This document shows positions 37,893 to 46,618 of a stretch of 64,000 bases of DNA, piece by piece. The translations under genes and the position numbers were made by a program. The stretch comes from Myxococcota bacterium (GTDB taxonomy: Bacteria; Myxococcota_A; Polyangia; Nannocystales; Nannocystaceae): positions 1-64,000 of the forward strand of contig JBCCHT010000043.1 in the NCBI GenBank assembly GCA_039028615.1, read 5' to 3'. The notes beneath the pieces are model-generated. The model made no database searches, was not told where the DNA came from, and saw only the letters and a list, made by a program, of their open reading frames with translations. Each line of letters begins with the position of its first letter. Within the stretch, counting starts at the first letter, position 1.

Positions 37893-37923
37893 TTGCTATG
37901 CGGCATGGATCCCATACCGTCAA
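37893..37923 (-). promoter_or_regulatory. Sigma70-like promoter of the Arg/Leu tRNA unit
   Basis: T-tract followed by TTGACG (37923-37918), then a weak -10 (CATAGC/TAGCAA) 17-19 nt downstream. Confidence 0.4.
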
Positions 37924-37952
37924 GAAAAAATCTTCGACTGGTTTCGCCGTCT

Positions 37953-38732
37953 CTAGGACTGCGCCGCTTTGCGGTCGCGCTTGCGGAGCTTCCGTCGCGG
38001 CTTGTCGCGCTCGGTCTCGCTGCCCTCGGTGGGGGCGGGTGGCCCCGCGCCTTCGGGTGCCCCCTCGATCACCAGCACGTACTCACCCCGCAGCTTCGTG
38101 TCGCCCAGCCCCTCGAGCAAACTCGACAAGGTGCCACGCTGGACCTGCTCGAACTTCTTGGTGAGGTCGTTGGCCAGCGCGGCCGGGCGATCGCCATAGA
38201 CCTCGAGCGCGTCGCGAAGCAACGCCTCCACCCGGTAAGGGCTCTCGTAGAAGAGCAAGGTGTGCGGCGAGTACTGGTCGACCTCCAAGAAGCGCTTGCG
38301 CTTGCCCGACTTGCGCGGCGCAAACCCGCGGAAGGTGAACGAGTGTAGCGGCAGGCCGCTGAGCACCAGCGCCATGACGAACGCCGAAGGCCCCGGGATC
38401 ATCGTGACCTCGAGCCCCTCTTCGTGACACAGGCGCACGAGTGAGAAGCCGGGGTCGGCGATGCCGGGCGTGCCCGCGTCGGAGACCAGCGCGACGTCTC
38501 GACCTTCGTGGAGCAGCCGAATGATCTTCCCGCCTACCCGAGACTCGTTGTGCTCGTGGAAGGGCATCTGCCGCGCCTTGATCTCGTGCCGCGTCAGGAG
38601 CTTGGCCGTGTGCCGCGTGTCCTCGCTCGCCACGATGTCGACGCTTCGAAGCACCTCGATCGCGCGGAGCGAGATGTCCTCGAGATGACCGATGGGCGTG
38701 GCGACGACGTAGAGCATCGACCTGGCGAGCAT
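37953..38732 (-). CDS. rsmI: 16S rRNA (cytidine1402-2'-O)-methyltransferase
   Basis: [38 protein letters not shown] and YESPYR. Confidence 0.95.
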   Translation of the reverse strand: MLARSMLYVVATPIGHLEDISLRAIEVLRSVDIVASEDTRHTAKLLTRHEIKARQMPFHEHNESRVGGKIIRLLHEGRDVALVSDAGTPGIADPGFSLVRLCHEEGLEVTMIPGPSAFVMALVLSGLPLHSFTFRGFAPRKSGKRKRFLEVDQYSPHTLLFYESPYRVEALLRDALEVYGDRPAALANDLTKKFEQVQRGTLSSLLEGLGDTKLRGEYVLVIEGAPEGAGPPAPTEGSETERDKPRRKLRKRDRKAAQS

Positions 38733-38976
38733 TGGCCAGCCGGGCCGCGTTGGCAACTGCTCGGACGAACCGGGTCCCCACTCGCGCTCGGCATCGTGCA
38801 GCACGCAATCTCGCCCCCGGCGAGGCGCTCGCGGGTCGCAAAGCCATGGCAACGACTGTCGCCACGCAAACTTTCTCGACATTTCGAGTGAGAGGACGAG
38901 GGCAGCGTGGGAACTACAAGGTCGGTCGCGAGCAATGAGGCGACCACACAACGACCGTATTCGATCGGACCCCCAA

Positions 38977-40212
38977 ATGCTCATGCTCCCCTCCAATCAG
39001 CTCCTTCGCCCCCTCTTTGCCTGCCTGATGGTCAGCACCTGCGTATCCGCGTGCGACGAAGGCGGCGACTTCAACGATGACGAGACCGCACTCGACGACG
39101 TGACGTTGCGCTCGGCCCAGGCTTGCGGAAGCGACATCCCCGTGACCTCGAGCCAGTGGCGTATTCGCAACGCGAGCGTCCAGACCCACTCCGGACAGTG
39201 GGTCATCCGCGAGATGGACTTCTGCGCGGACGCGGCCTGCACCGAGACCCTGACCGGCACCGCGTTCGATAGCGGGGCCTCCGAGAGCTGGAGCGTGGCG
39301 GCCAACGCCTTCGACGGCGATGCCGGCACCATGTGGAAGACCTTCGACACCAACGTCGTGGGACAGTCGTGGATCGGCCTGGAGCTGGACAGCCCCGCCG
39401 CGGTGGCGGGCCTCCGCATTCAGACCGACAACGTCGTCTACTCGGTCGACTCGATCGACGTGGAGTACCTCGACGAGGGCAGCGGCGAGTGGATCACCGC
39501 CGACACCCTCACCGACGTCCCGGCCGGCACCGAGCTCACCTACGAGATCGACGGCCCCGTGATGGACATTCCCTGCGACGTCGAGGTCGACGATCAGGCC
39601 ACGGTCATCATGCCCGGAACCGAGCTGACCGGGCTGTCCGCGGACACGGGCGAGGTGCTCTACTACGCGGTGGTGAACCCGGGACCGGACTTCCTCGTCG
39701 AGATCACCGGGGGCCCCGGCGACGCAGATCTGTACCTGCGATACGGCGAGCTACCCACGGCGTCGGAATACGATTGCCGGCCCTACAAGTGGGGCAACGG
39801 AGAGTCCTGCGAGGTCGCGCAGCCGTCCGGCGGCGTCTACTACATCATGCTGCGCGCCTACGCGAGCTTCAGCGACTTGTCGCTGATCGTCAGCGACGCC
39901 GGGCCCGTCGCGCCCACGCCGGTGGTCGAGGCCGATCTGTCCGCCGCCACGGGCGAGTGGCTCCGCTACGAGTTCGCCGTGCCGATCGGAGCCAGCAATG
40001 CGACCTTTGAGATCGACGGAGGCAGCGGGGACGGAGACATGTACATCCGCTACGGCGAGCAACCCACGGCCACCGAATACGACCACCGCCCCTACAAGTG
40101 GGGCAATGGCGAGACCGTCTCCATCGCGGACCCGCAGGCGGGCGTCTACTACGTCGGCATTCGTTCCTACGCGGCGTTCGCCGGCATGACCCTGACGATG
40201 AGCTACGAGTAG
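38977..40212 (+). CDS. Lipoprotein with a discoidin/F5-8-like domain and two PPC (pre-peptidase C-terminal) domains
   Basis: VSAC lipobox; [11 protein letters not shown]; two copies of GGxGDxDxYxRYGxxPT..[12 protein letters not shown]. Confidence 0.85.
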   Translation: MLMLPSNQLLRPLFACLMVSTCVSACDEGGDFNDDETALDDVTLRSAQACGSDIPVTSSQWRIRNASVQTHSGQWVIREMDFCADAACTETLTGTAFDSGASESWSVAANAFDGDAGTMWKTFDTNVVGQSWIGLELDSPAAVAGLRIQTDNVVYSVDSIDVEYLDEGSGEWITADTLTDVPAGTELTYEIDGPVMDIPCDVEVDDQATVIMPGTELTGLSADTGEVLYYAVVNPGPDFLVEITGGPGDADLYLRYGELPTASEYDCRPYKWGNGESCEVAQPSGGVYYIMLRAYASFSDLSLIVSDAGPVAPTPVVEADLSAATGEWLRYEFAVPIGASNATFEIDGGSGDGDMYIRYGEQPTATEYDHRPYKWGNGETVSIADPQAGVYYVGIRSYAAFAGMTLTMSYE

Positions 40213-40219
40213 GACCGAC

Positions 40220-41035
40220 TCACGGGGGCGCGGTGTCGATGCAGAACACGATCTCGTGGGCGAAGAGCAGCTCGTGAATCGTGAAGCCGCGCCCCTCGGT
40301 GAACCGACCCATCATCGCACGGTAGGGCTCGACGAGACGTCGGCCCCCGTGCGCACTCACGGCCGGCAAGGACACCACCACGTGCCGAGCCGGGATCGCG
40401 GCCAGCCAGTCGCCGTCGATCTGCGTGGGGTAGTTGCGAGCGAGCCGATGCAGCTCCTTGAGCAAGAGGGCTACGTCGGCGCGCTGCGTCGGGGGGTCGA
40501 GCACGATGTCTCGCACCTCGGCGCCGCCGGGCTGGCCTCGTGCCCGCAGGTACCGGTCGAGGAACTGCACGCGCGCCTCGTGGATGTCGTAGGCGAAGTA
40601 CTGCGTGGTCGCGGGCAAGCCCATCCACGGCATCGCCACCGGGCCCAGCGCGCACGCCAAGTCGAGCACGGTGCCCGGCATGCCCGTCTGCTCGAAGATC
40701 GCGGCGTAGAACTCCCGCACGTAGGGCCAGCGCTCGCGGGTGCTCAGGTGCAACCCGAGCGCCTCCTCGCATAGCGCCTGCTCTCGCGCGGCGTCGCCGG
40801 CCTCGAGCGCCTCGACCACGGCGGGGCCCAGCGTCTCGTAGTCGGGATCGCCCAGGTGATCGGCGACGATGCCATGCAGGCGCTTGCGAACCGCCTTGTC
40901 GAGCGCCTTGCGCTTGCGGTGCTGCGGGAAGGCCTGCTCCACTAGCGCCCGCACCGTGGCCTCCGCGACCGTCCGGTACTTTCGCGAGCTTCGGATCGCC
41001 GCCACCACGGCCTCGATCTGTTCGGCGTCGCTCAC
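40220..41035 (-). CDS. ArmA/Rmt/FmrO-like 16S rRNA (guanine1405-N7) methyltransferase homolog
   Basis: SRKY, KRLH, HLSTRER, VLDLACALGP, YDI, DVALLLK and VVVSLP. Confidence 0.82.
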   Translation of the reverse strand: MSDAEQIEAVVAAIRSSRKYRTVAEATVRALVEQAFPQHRKRKALDKAVRKRLHGIVADHLGDPDYETLGPAVVEALEAGDAAREQALCEEALGLHLSTRERWPYVREFYAAIFEQTGMPGTVLDLACALGPVAMPWMGLPATTQYFAYDIHEARVQFLDRYLRARGQPGGAEVRDIVLDPPTQRADVALLLKELHRLARNYPTQIDGDWLAAIPARHVVVSLPAVSAHGGRRLVEPYRAMMGRFTEGRGFTIHELLFAHEIVFCIDTAPP

Positions 41036-41133
41036 CGCCCGGAGGGTAGCGCGCCACTCCAACGAAAACGACGCCCCCACAGTGCAGGGACGTCGTCTCG
41101 AAGTCAGGGCTGCCGTAGCCCCGGCGGGACCCT

Positions 41134-42522
41134 CTAGGCGAGGATCTCGGTGAGCGGCGTGGTCGACATCGGAGCGCCGCCACCGACGGACGGAGCATCC
41201 GGGTCGAAGGCCCGCAGGCACGACAGGAGCACGTCGCTCATGTTGCCCTCGGACGGCGTGTTGTTGGCGTCCGGGTCGGCCGCGGCGACCGCCTGGTAGT
41301 GGATGCCCGGGTGGACGAGATGGCCACGCCCGGTGCCCGCCAGGATGATGGGCTGACGACGCACGCTGTGCGACCAACCGATGGAGCAGTCGCTGCTGCC
41401 GTAGATGATGGTCGAGTCGAGCAGGTTGGTGCCGTCGAGGTCCTCGGTCTGTCCGAGGATCTGAATCATCTCGGCGAAGCGCTCCATGATGTAGACGATG
41501 CCCAGGTGATAGGCCTCGTTGCCCTCGTGGCTGAGCACGTGCTGGGTGCTGCCGCTGCCGCTGGAGGACTCGGCGAACGCCGCCTCGCCCGCGAGGGGCA
41601 AGAACAGGTTCGAGGCCACCCGCGTGATGTCGCAGGTGAACGCGTACGCGATGAGCTCGGTCATCAGCTGGTTGGTCAGCGTCAGCTGCTCGGCGTTGAC
41701 CGGCTCGTTGTTCTCGTGGTCGGGCTGGGCCGGAAGATCGCAGGTCGGCGGCGTGGCGGTGATCTTCTGCTCGAGTTCGGCCAGGGCCTCGAAGTGAGCA
41801 TCGAGGCGCTGGTTGTCGAGCATGCCCAGCCGCGGACGCAGCTGGTCGGCATCTTCACGCACGGCATCGAGGATGCTCAGGCGCAGCGCGCTGTCGTCGG
41901 GGGCGGGCACGAACTCGCCGAAGATCGACTGCCACACCTGGGCGGGGCTGGACTGACCGTAGAGCGGGGTGAGGCTGCCCGGCTCGCCGCGCACCGAGAT
42001 GGTGGTGGCCGTGGTGCCGTTATCCGCAGGCGAGAAGCCCTTGGAGCACTGCACCTGCATGGAGCGAATGGGCGTGGTGACCCGCTCGGCGATCGCGTCC
42101 GCGATGACCTGGTCGATGGTGGGGCCGCCGTAGTTCGAGGCGAACCCGGGACCGCCCGTCTGCTGGAAGGTATAGCCGCTGAACGCGGTCATGCCCTCGT
42201 GGTGCGTGATGGCATCGGCACACCGGTTTTGCATGCCGCTGACGATCGACACGTAGTCCTGAACCGGAGCGAAGGGAGCGAGCTCCTCGGAGAGCTCGTA
42301 GCCCGGACCGAGGGTGAGCGGCTCCCAACGGCTGTTGATGATGCCGTTGCCCCAGAAGAAGGAGATGAACCGAGTCGGCAGGTCCTGACCGTTGGCCAGG
42401 GCGGTGCCGTTGCTGTTGAGCATGGCCTCGAGGGGCGGCAGGCCCACCGAGACGGCGGCGCCTCCGAGCAGGCCTCGAAGCATGGTGCGGCGGTTGAGCT
42501 GGAACTTGCGCAAGGGATGCAT
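41134..42522 (-). CDS. DUF1552 domain protein (Tat signal)
   Basis: LNRRTMLRG..LPPLEAM, TIDQVIA, CDITRV and LLDST. Confidence 0.88.
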   Translation of the reverse strand: MHPLRKFQLNRRTMLRGLLGGAAVSVGLPPLEAMLNSNGTALANGQDLPTRFISFFWGNGIINSRWEPLTLGPGYELSEELAPFAPVQDYVSIVSGMQNRCADAITHHEGMTAFSGYTFQQTGGPGFASNYGGPTIDQVIADAIAERVTTPIRSMQVQCSKGFSPADNGTTATTISVRGEPGSLTPLYGQSSPAQVWQSIFGEFVPAPDDSALRLSILDAVREDADQLRPRLGMLDNQRLDAHFEALAELEQKITATPPTCDLPAQPDHENNEPVNAEQLTLTNQLMTELIAYAFTCDITRVASNLFLPLAGEAAFAESSSGSGSTQHVLSHEGNEAYHLGIVYIMERFAEMIQILGQTEDLDGTNLLDSTIIYGSSDCSIGWSHSVRRQPIILAGTGRGHLVHPGIHYQAVAAADPDANNTPSEGNMSDVLLSCLRAFDPDAPSVGGGAPMSTTPLTEILA

Positions 42523-42559
42523 GGCGAAGTGACTCCGTTTTCCGAAAATGCCTTTGTGC

Positions 42560-44290
42560 CTACTTGGGGGCGTCCACCAAGCGGAACAGCGGGTTGACGG
42601 TCAGTTCGACCATGAGTGCTTTGTAGTTGTAGTCGGTCTCGGAGAAGCTCTCGTCCAGGGTGGCGATGCCGGCGGCCTGGTCGAGGCCGGGGTCGTGGCC
42701 CAGCGTGCTGCGGTAGAGATTCCGAACGACGCAGTTCGGAACCCGCGGGTCGTTGCGGATGAGCCCGGCGAGGTCGGCCGCGCCGCCGAAGCTACCCACG
42801 CCGCCCACCTCACCCGAGGAGTCGATGGGAAGCCCGTTGTCGAGCTGTCGGAAGGCACCGATCGCACTGTAGCGCTCGAACGCGAAGCCGATGGGATCCA
42901 TGAGCGCATGGCAGGCCGCACAGCTGTCGTCCTGGTTGTGCTCGTTCTCCAGCCACTCGCGCAGGGTCTGGCCCTCCATCGGTGCCGGCGGCATGACCTC
43001 CACATCGGGCGGCGGCGGCAGGATGTCGGTGCACAGCAGCGTCTCCTGCACGAAGAGCCCGCGTCGCGTGGGCGAGTTGATGTCGGGGTGAGAGAAGACG
43101 CTGAGGAACGCGGGGTGCGTCAGGAAGCCCGCGCGCTGCTGGCCTTCGGGGAAGGACACGAGCTGCCACGGGAACTCGGGTGGATCCATCCCGTACAGCT
43201 GAGCGAGGTCGTCGTTCACGAACGTGTAGTTCGCGTCGAAGATGCCCAGGAAGTTGCTCTCCTCTTCGAAGACCACGTTCTGGATGAGCAAGAGCGTCTC
43301 TTGCCGCATCGCCGCCGCGAGGTCGGGGTTGAAGGTGGGGAACAGCTCGGCGTCCTTGCCCTTGTTCTCCAGCTCGCGGAGCTTGTAAAGCTCGTCGTAG
43401 AACTCGGCGAGACGGGTGCGGGCTTCCGGCCGCGTGAGCATGTCTTCGGCGACCGCCCGAATTTGGCCGTCCTCCGACAGCTGCCCCGACTCGGCCGTGT
43501 CCAGCGTCCCCCCGTCGGGCGTATGACCCAGCAGGAAGAACGACAGGCGCGACGCCATCTCGTAGTCGGTGAGAACGCGGTGCTCTCCGTCTTCGGTCTC
43601 CTCGCCAACCTCCACCACATACAGGAAGTTGGGCGACTGGAAGATGGTGCCCACGAGGTACTTGATACCGGTGAGGAAGTCGTTGCCTCCCCATTCGTAG
43701 GCGGCGTTGGCGATCTCGACGACGTCGGCGATCTCCTCGTCGGTCAGCGGTCGACGCCACGCCATGCGCCCCAGCTCGGCGGCGACCGTGTCGTAGCAGG
43801 AGGGGTCCTGACCATCTGCCACGCAAGGCACGAGGGCGTTGAGCGAGGCCGGCTCGTTCATCACCGCGGTACCCATCGCCAGCGCCGAACTCTCGTACAG
43901 CTCGATGTCGATGGGCGTCAGCGGCTCCTCGTTGACGGTCTGCGAGTCGAAAGTGCCCAGCTCGGGCAGCGGAGGCGGGTTGGCGGCTTCGGCAACCTCG
44001 GCTCCGAGGATGACCTCTACGCTCGCGACGTACTGATCGGGTGTCAGGCGACGAATGCCGCCCGGTGGCGGGAGCACATTCGCGTCGCCCCCCGTGTTGG
44101 TACCGTCGGTTCCGGTCTCGTCTGCCGTGCCATCGACACCGTCGGTCCCCCCCGCGGTGCCGGTCCCGCTTTCGGTGCCACCTGCTCCTCCCCCGCCGTC
44201 ATCACCACAACCAGTGGCAGGTACGGCTAGCGCGAGGAGACATAACGGCAGAGTCAGTATGTGACTGGAACGGAGCGGAAGCGTTTTCAT
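42560..44290 (-). CDS. DUF1592/DUF1588-type lipoprotein with CxxCH
   Basis: IRRLT..Y, QSPNFLY, YEMASRLSFFL, SPTRRG and CAACHALMDPIGFAFE. Confidence 0.9.
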   Translation of the reverse strand: MKTLPLRSSHILTLPLCLLALAVPATGCGDDGGGGAGGTESGTGTAGGTDGVDGTADETGTDGTNTGGDANVLPPPGGIRRLTPDQYVASVEVILGAEVAEAANPPPLPELGTFDSQTVNEEPLTPIDIELYESSALAMGTAVMNEPASLNALVPCVADGQDPSCYDTVAAELGRMAWRRPLTDEEIADVVEIANAAYEWGGNDFLTGIKYLVGTIFQSPNFLYVVEVGEETEDGEHRVLTDYEMASRLSFFLLGHTPDGGTLDTAESGQLSEDGQIRAVAEDMLTRPEARTRLAEFYDELYKLRELENKGKDAELFPTFNPDLAAAMRQETLLLIQNVVFEEESNFLGIFDANYTFVNDDLAQLYGMDPPEFPWQLVSFPEGQQRAGFLTHPAFLSVFSHPDINSPTRRGLFVQETLLCTDILPPPPDVEVMPPAPMEGQTLREWLENEHNQDDSCAACHALMDPIGFAFERYSAIGAFRQLDNGLPIDSSGEVGGVGSFGGAADLAGLIRNDPRVPNCVVRNLYRSTLGHDPGLDQAAGIATLDESFSETDYNYKALMVELTVNPLFRLVDAPK

Positions 44291-44551
44291 CGTGGACCTA
44301 GCGATGAAGATGAGAGACCCGCTGGAGGTGCAGACCAGCGAACCCGAAAACAGAAAATTGAACCCCGGAAACACCGCGCCCGTGTCGCGGTGGGTGGACC
44401 GTGCCCTGACCTACATGGCCGAGGACAACAAGATCCTTTGGCAACGGACGTGGTTATCGCGTGACCTTCGAAAATTTGCCAGAGATATCCTCTCCGACGC
44501 CGAATTCGCGATTTTAGGCGACATCCACCTTCATCGAAGGAAAGGTGAGAC

Positions 44552-44821
44552 ATGGCGCTCGGGCTAGTGTCAGTGAAACGCCCAGCCCATCCGTCGATTG
44601 CCAATGAAGTGCCGCGCAGCGGCGATTGGCGGCCACAGGAGACAGCGAACGATCGATCGCAGGTCTTCGTCTGGTGGCAGCGTGAAGGCGTCATCGAACG
44701 CATTGAACTCGGCCGAGTGTTTTTCGAAATGCAGCTCGCGTTTTCGGCGAGCCCTCGCGAGTGCGAGCGCCGAGCTCGATCGTTCAATATGTCGTCGGAC
44801 GTCTTCGGTTTCGCGAAATGA
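44552..44821 (+). CDS. Possible small hypothetical protein
   Basis: AAAGGT RBS before the ATG; no recognisable motif. Confidence 0.25.
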   Translation: MALGLVSVKRPAHPSIANEVPRSGDWRPQETANDRSQVFVWWQREGVIERIELGRVFFEMQLAFSASPRECERRARSFNMSSDVFGFAK

Positions 44822-45481
44822 TCGACGCATTCGACCGCTGCAGATCTGGCCAGCATGCGTGGCTTCGATCCGATGCATGGCAATAACTGCAAAGTCGATC
44901 TCCGCGTCTGTAGCCGGCGGCCTCGCCGACGCGGGCACGATGCAAACGCTCGCGCGGCGATGGACTCCACCATCACCTCGGTGCTCGCGTTGAAAACTCG
45001 ACCGACCATTCGACGCCGAGTGGACTTACCCCGAGCCACTCGATGCTGACACTTTCGATCGACGTCTTTATCCGCCGCGACGCGCGACCCATTGATGCCG
45101 CATTGAAGGGGCGTGCTTCCTCTTATGAACGCTCGAAATCGCGGTCGACAGTGACCCCTTCGATCCCATTTGGGGCCGTGAATTAGGGATCTCCCCGACG
45201 AAGTTACCGTCCGTTTTCGGGCCATTTCGAAATGTGAACGCCCGGAATTTCGACCGTCGTGGAGCAGGTCTCTGAACAATGAAGGCTGCCAATCCGAGTC
45301 CCCGAACAGCGGTTAGACCGTCCGGCCAGTTGATCGCGTATGCCCCTTTAAACCGCCGATAACTACGTTTTAACGGCGCGCGATCATGACCATGCGAGTC
45401 ATCGATCCACGTTGATCGGGGGGGTGAGTCATGCAATCCCTGATACTGGATTTTCCCACCCCCTGATTGGCAGATCGCTTC

Positions 45482-46579
45482 ATGTCGACCCCCCCGACCG
45501 AGCCCCTCGCCCTTCGCGTTCGAGTCCTCGATGGTCCGCTCCGCGGCGCCTCCCATCCCGTGTCTGGTCGGCTGGCGATCGGGCGGTCCAATGGCTCCCA
45601 TATTCAGCTCGTGCACGACGGTGTCTCCCGCCAGCACGCTCAAATCACCACCGACGATCAGGGGCGCCACATCCTGGTCGACCTCGACAGCAGCAACGGC
45701 ACGTTCATCGGGGGCCGGCGTATCCGGCGTCAGATTCTGAGCCCGGGCACGGTCTTCAAGATCATGCGGGTGAAGCTGGTGTACGAGCCAGCCGTCGAAC
45801 AGCCAGTGGAGTGCGACGACTCGGGCACCTTCGCGGTTCAGCCCACCGACCATCGCACGTTGCGGCAGACCACCGACTACGTCGCGGCGGATCTGCCGTG
45901 CCCGGTCAGCCCCAGCTCGAGTGACGGCGAGGACGCCGACATCCCGATCCCTCAGACCCGAGCCCAGTCTTCCACGGGCCCTGCCGCGCAGGCGCTCGGC
46001 GAGGACCGCCATCGGGTCATCGCCACTCGCCCCGACGGCACGGTGTACGAGGGCAGCCTCGTCGACGACCTCATCGAGTACCGAGCCCTTCGAGCTCGCG
46101 AGCTCCGTGGCGAGACGCCGACCGAAGAGGAGTTCGACCGCACCGCCATCCTCCATGGGCGACTGCGGGCGCCACCGTCTCGCTTTCCCAGCAAGCGCAT
46201 CTTCGAACGATTCAGCTGCCACTTCCCCGCAAAACTTCGATTCGCGGGCGAAGAAGAGATGTCCATCGCCGTGCTCGACCTCGGAGCCGACGGCGCCAAG
46301 ATCCGTGCATACGACCACAACCTACCCCACGGCAAGATCGTGTGGTTGGCGATTCACTTGGTCTCGAGAGGCCGAGCGCAGACGGTTGTGTTCACGGGTC
46401 GGGTGACGTGGACATGTCGCGACCATGTGGGTCTGAGTCTGGGTGGCATGCCGGGCTGGGAAGGCGGTCGAGATCGGAAGATCGAGACGCGAACCCGCAT
46501 GGATCTACGTTCCTCGCTGGAATCACATGGCTCGGTCGGAAGCACGATGAACTCCGCATCGGCTCACGCTCCAACCTGA
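45482..46579 (+). CDS. FHA domain + PilZ domain protein
   Basis: IGRS..VSRQHA..DLDSSNGTFI; RIFER...DLGADG. Confidence 0.88.
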   Translation: MSTPPTEPLALRVRVLDGPLRGASHPVSGRLAIGRSNGSHIQLVHDGVSRQHAQITTDDQGRHILVDLDSSNGTFIGGRRIRRQILSPGTVFKIMRVKLVYEPAVEQPVECDDSGTFAVQPTDHRTLRQTTDYVAADLPCPVSPSSSDGEDADIPIPQTRAQSSTGPAAQALGEDRHRVIATRPDGTVYEGSLVDDLIEYRALRARELRGETPTEEEFDRTAILHGRLRAPPSRFPSKRIFERFSCHFPAKLRFAGEEEMSIAVLDLGADGAKIRAYDHNLPHGKIVWLAIHLVSRGRAQTVVFTGRVTWTCRDHVGLSLGGMPGWEGGRDRKIETRTRMDLRSSLESHGSVGSTMNSASAHAPT

Positions 46580-46618
46580 TCGCCCACGACCCGCAGCGCC
46601 TGCGGTATCCTGAGCACC

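Noticed and set aside
39700..40120. Duplicated CCCTACAAGTGGGGCAA segments
   Set aside because: Two tandem PPC domains within one protein.
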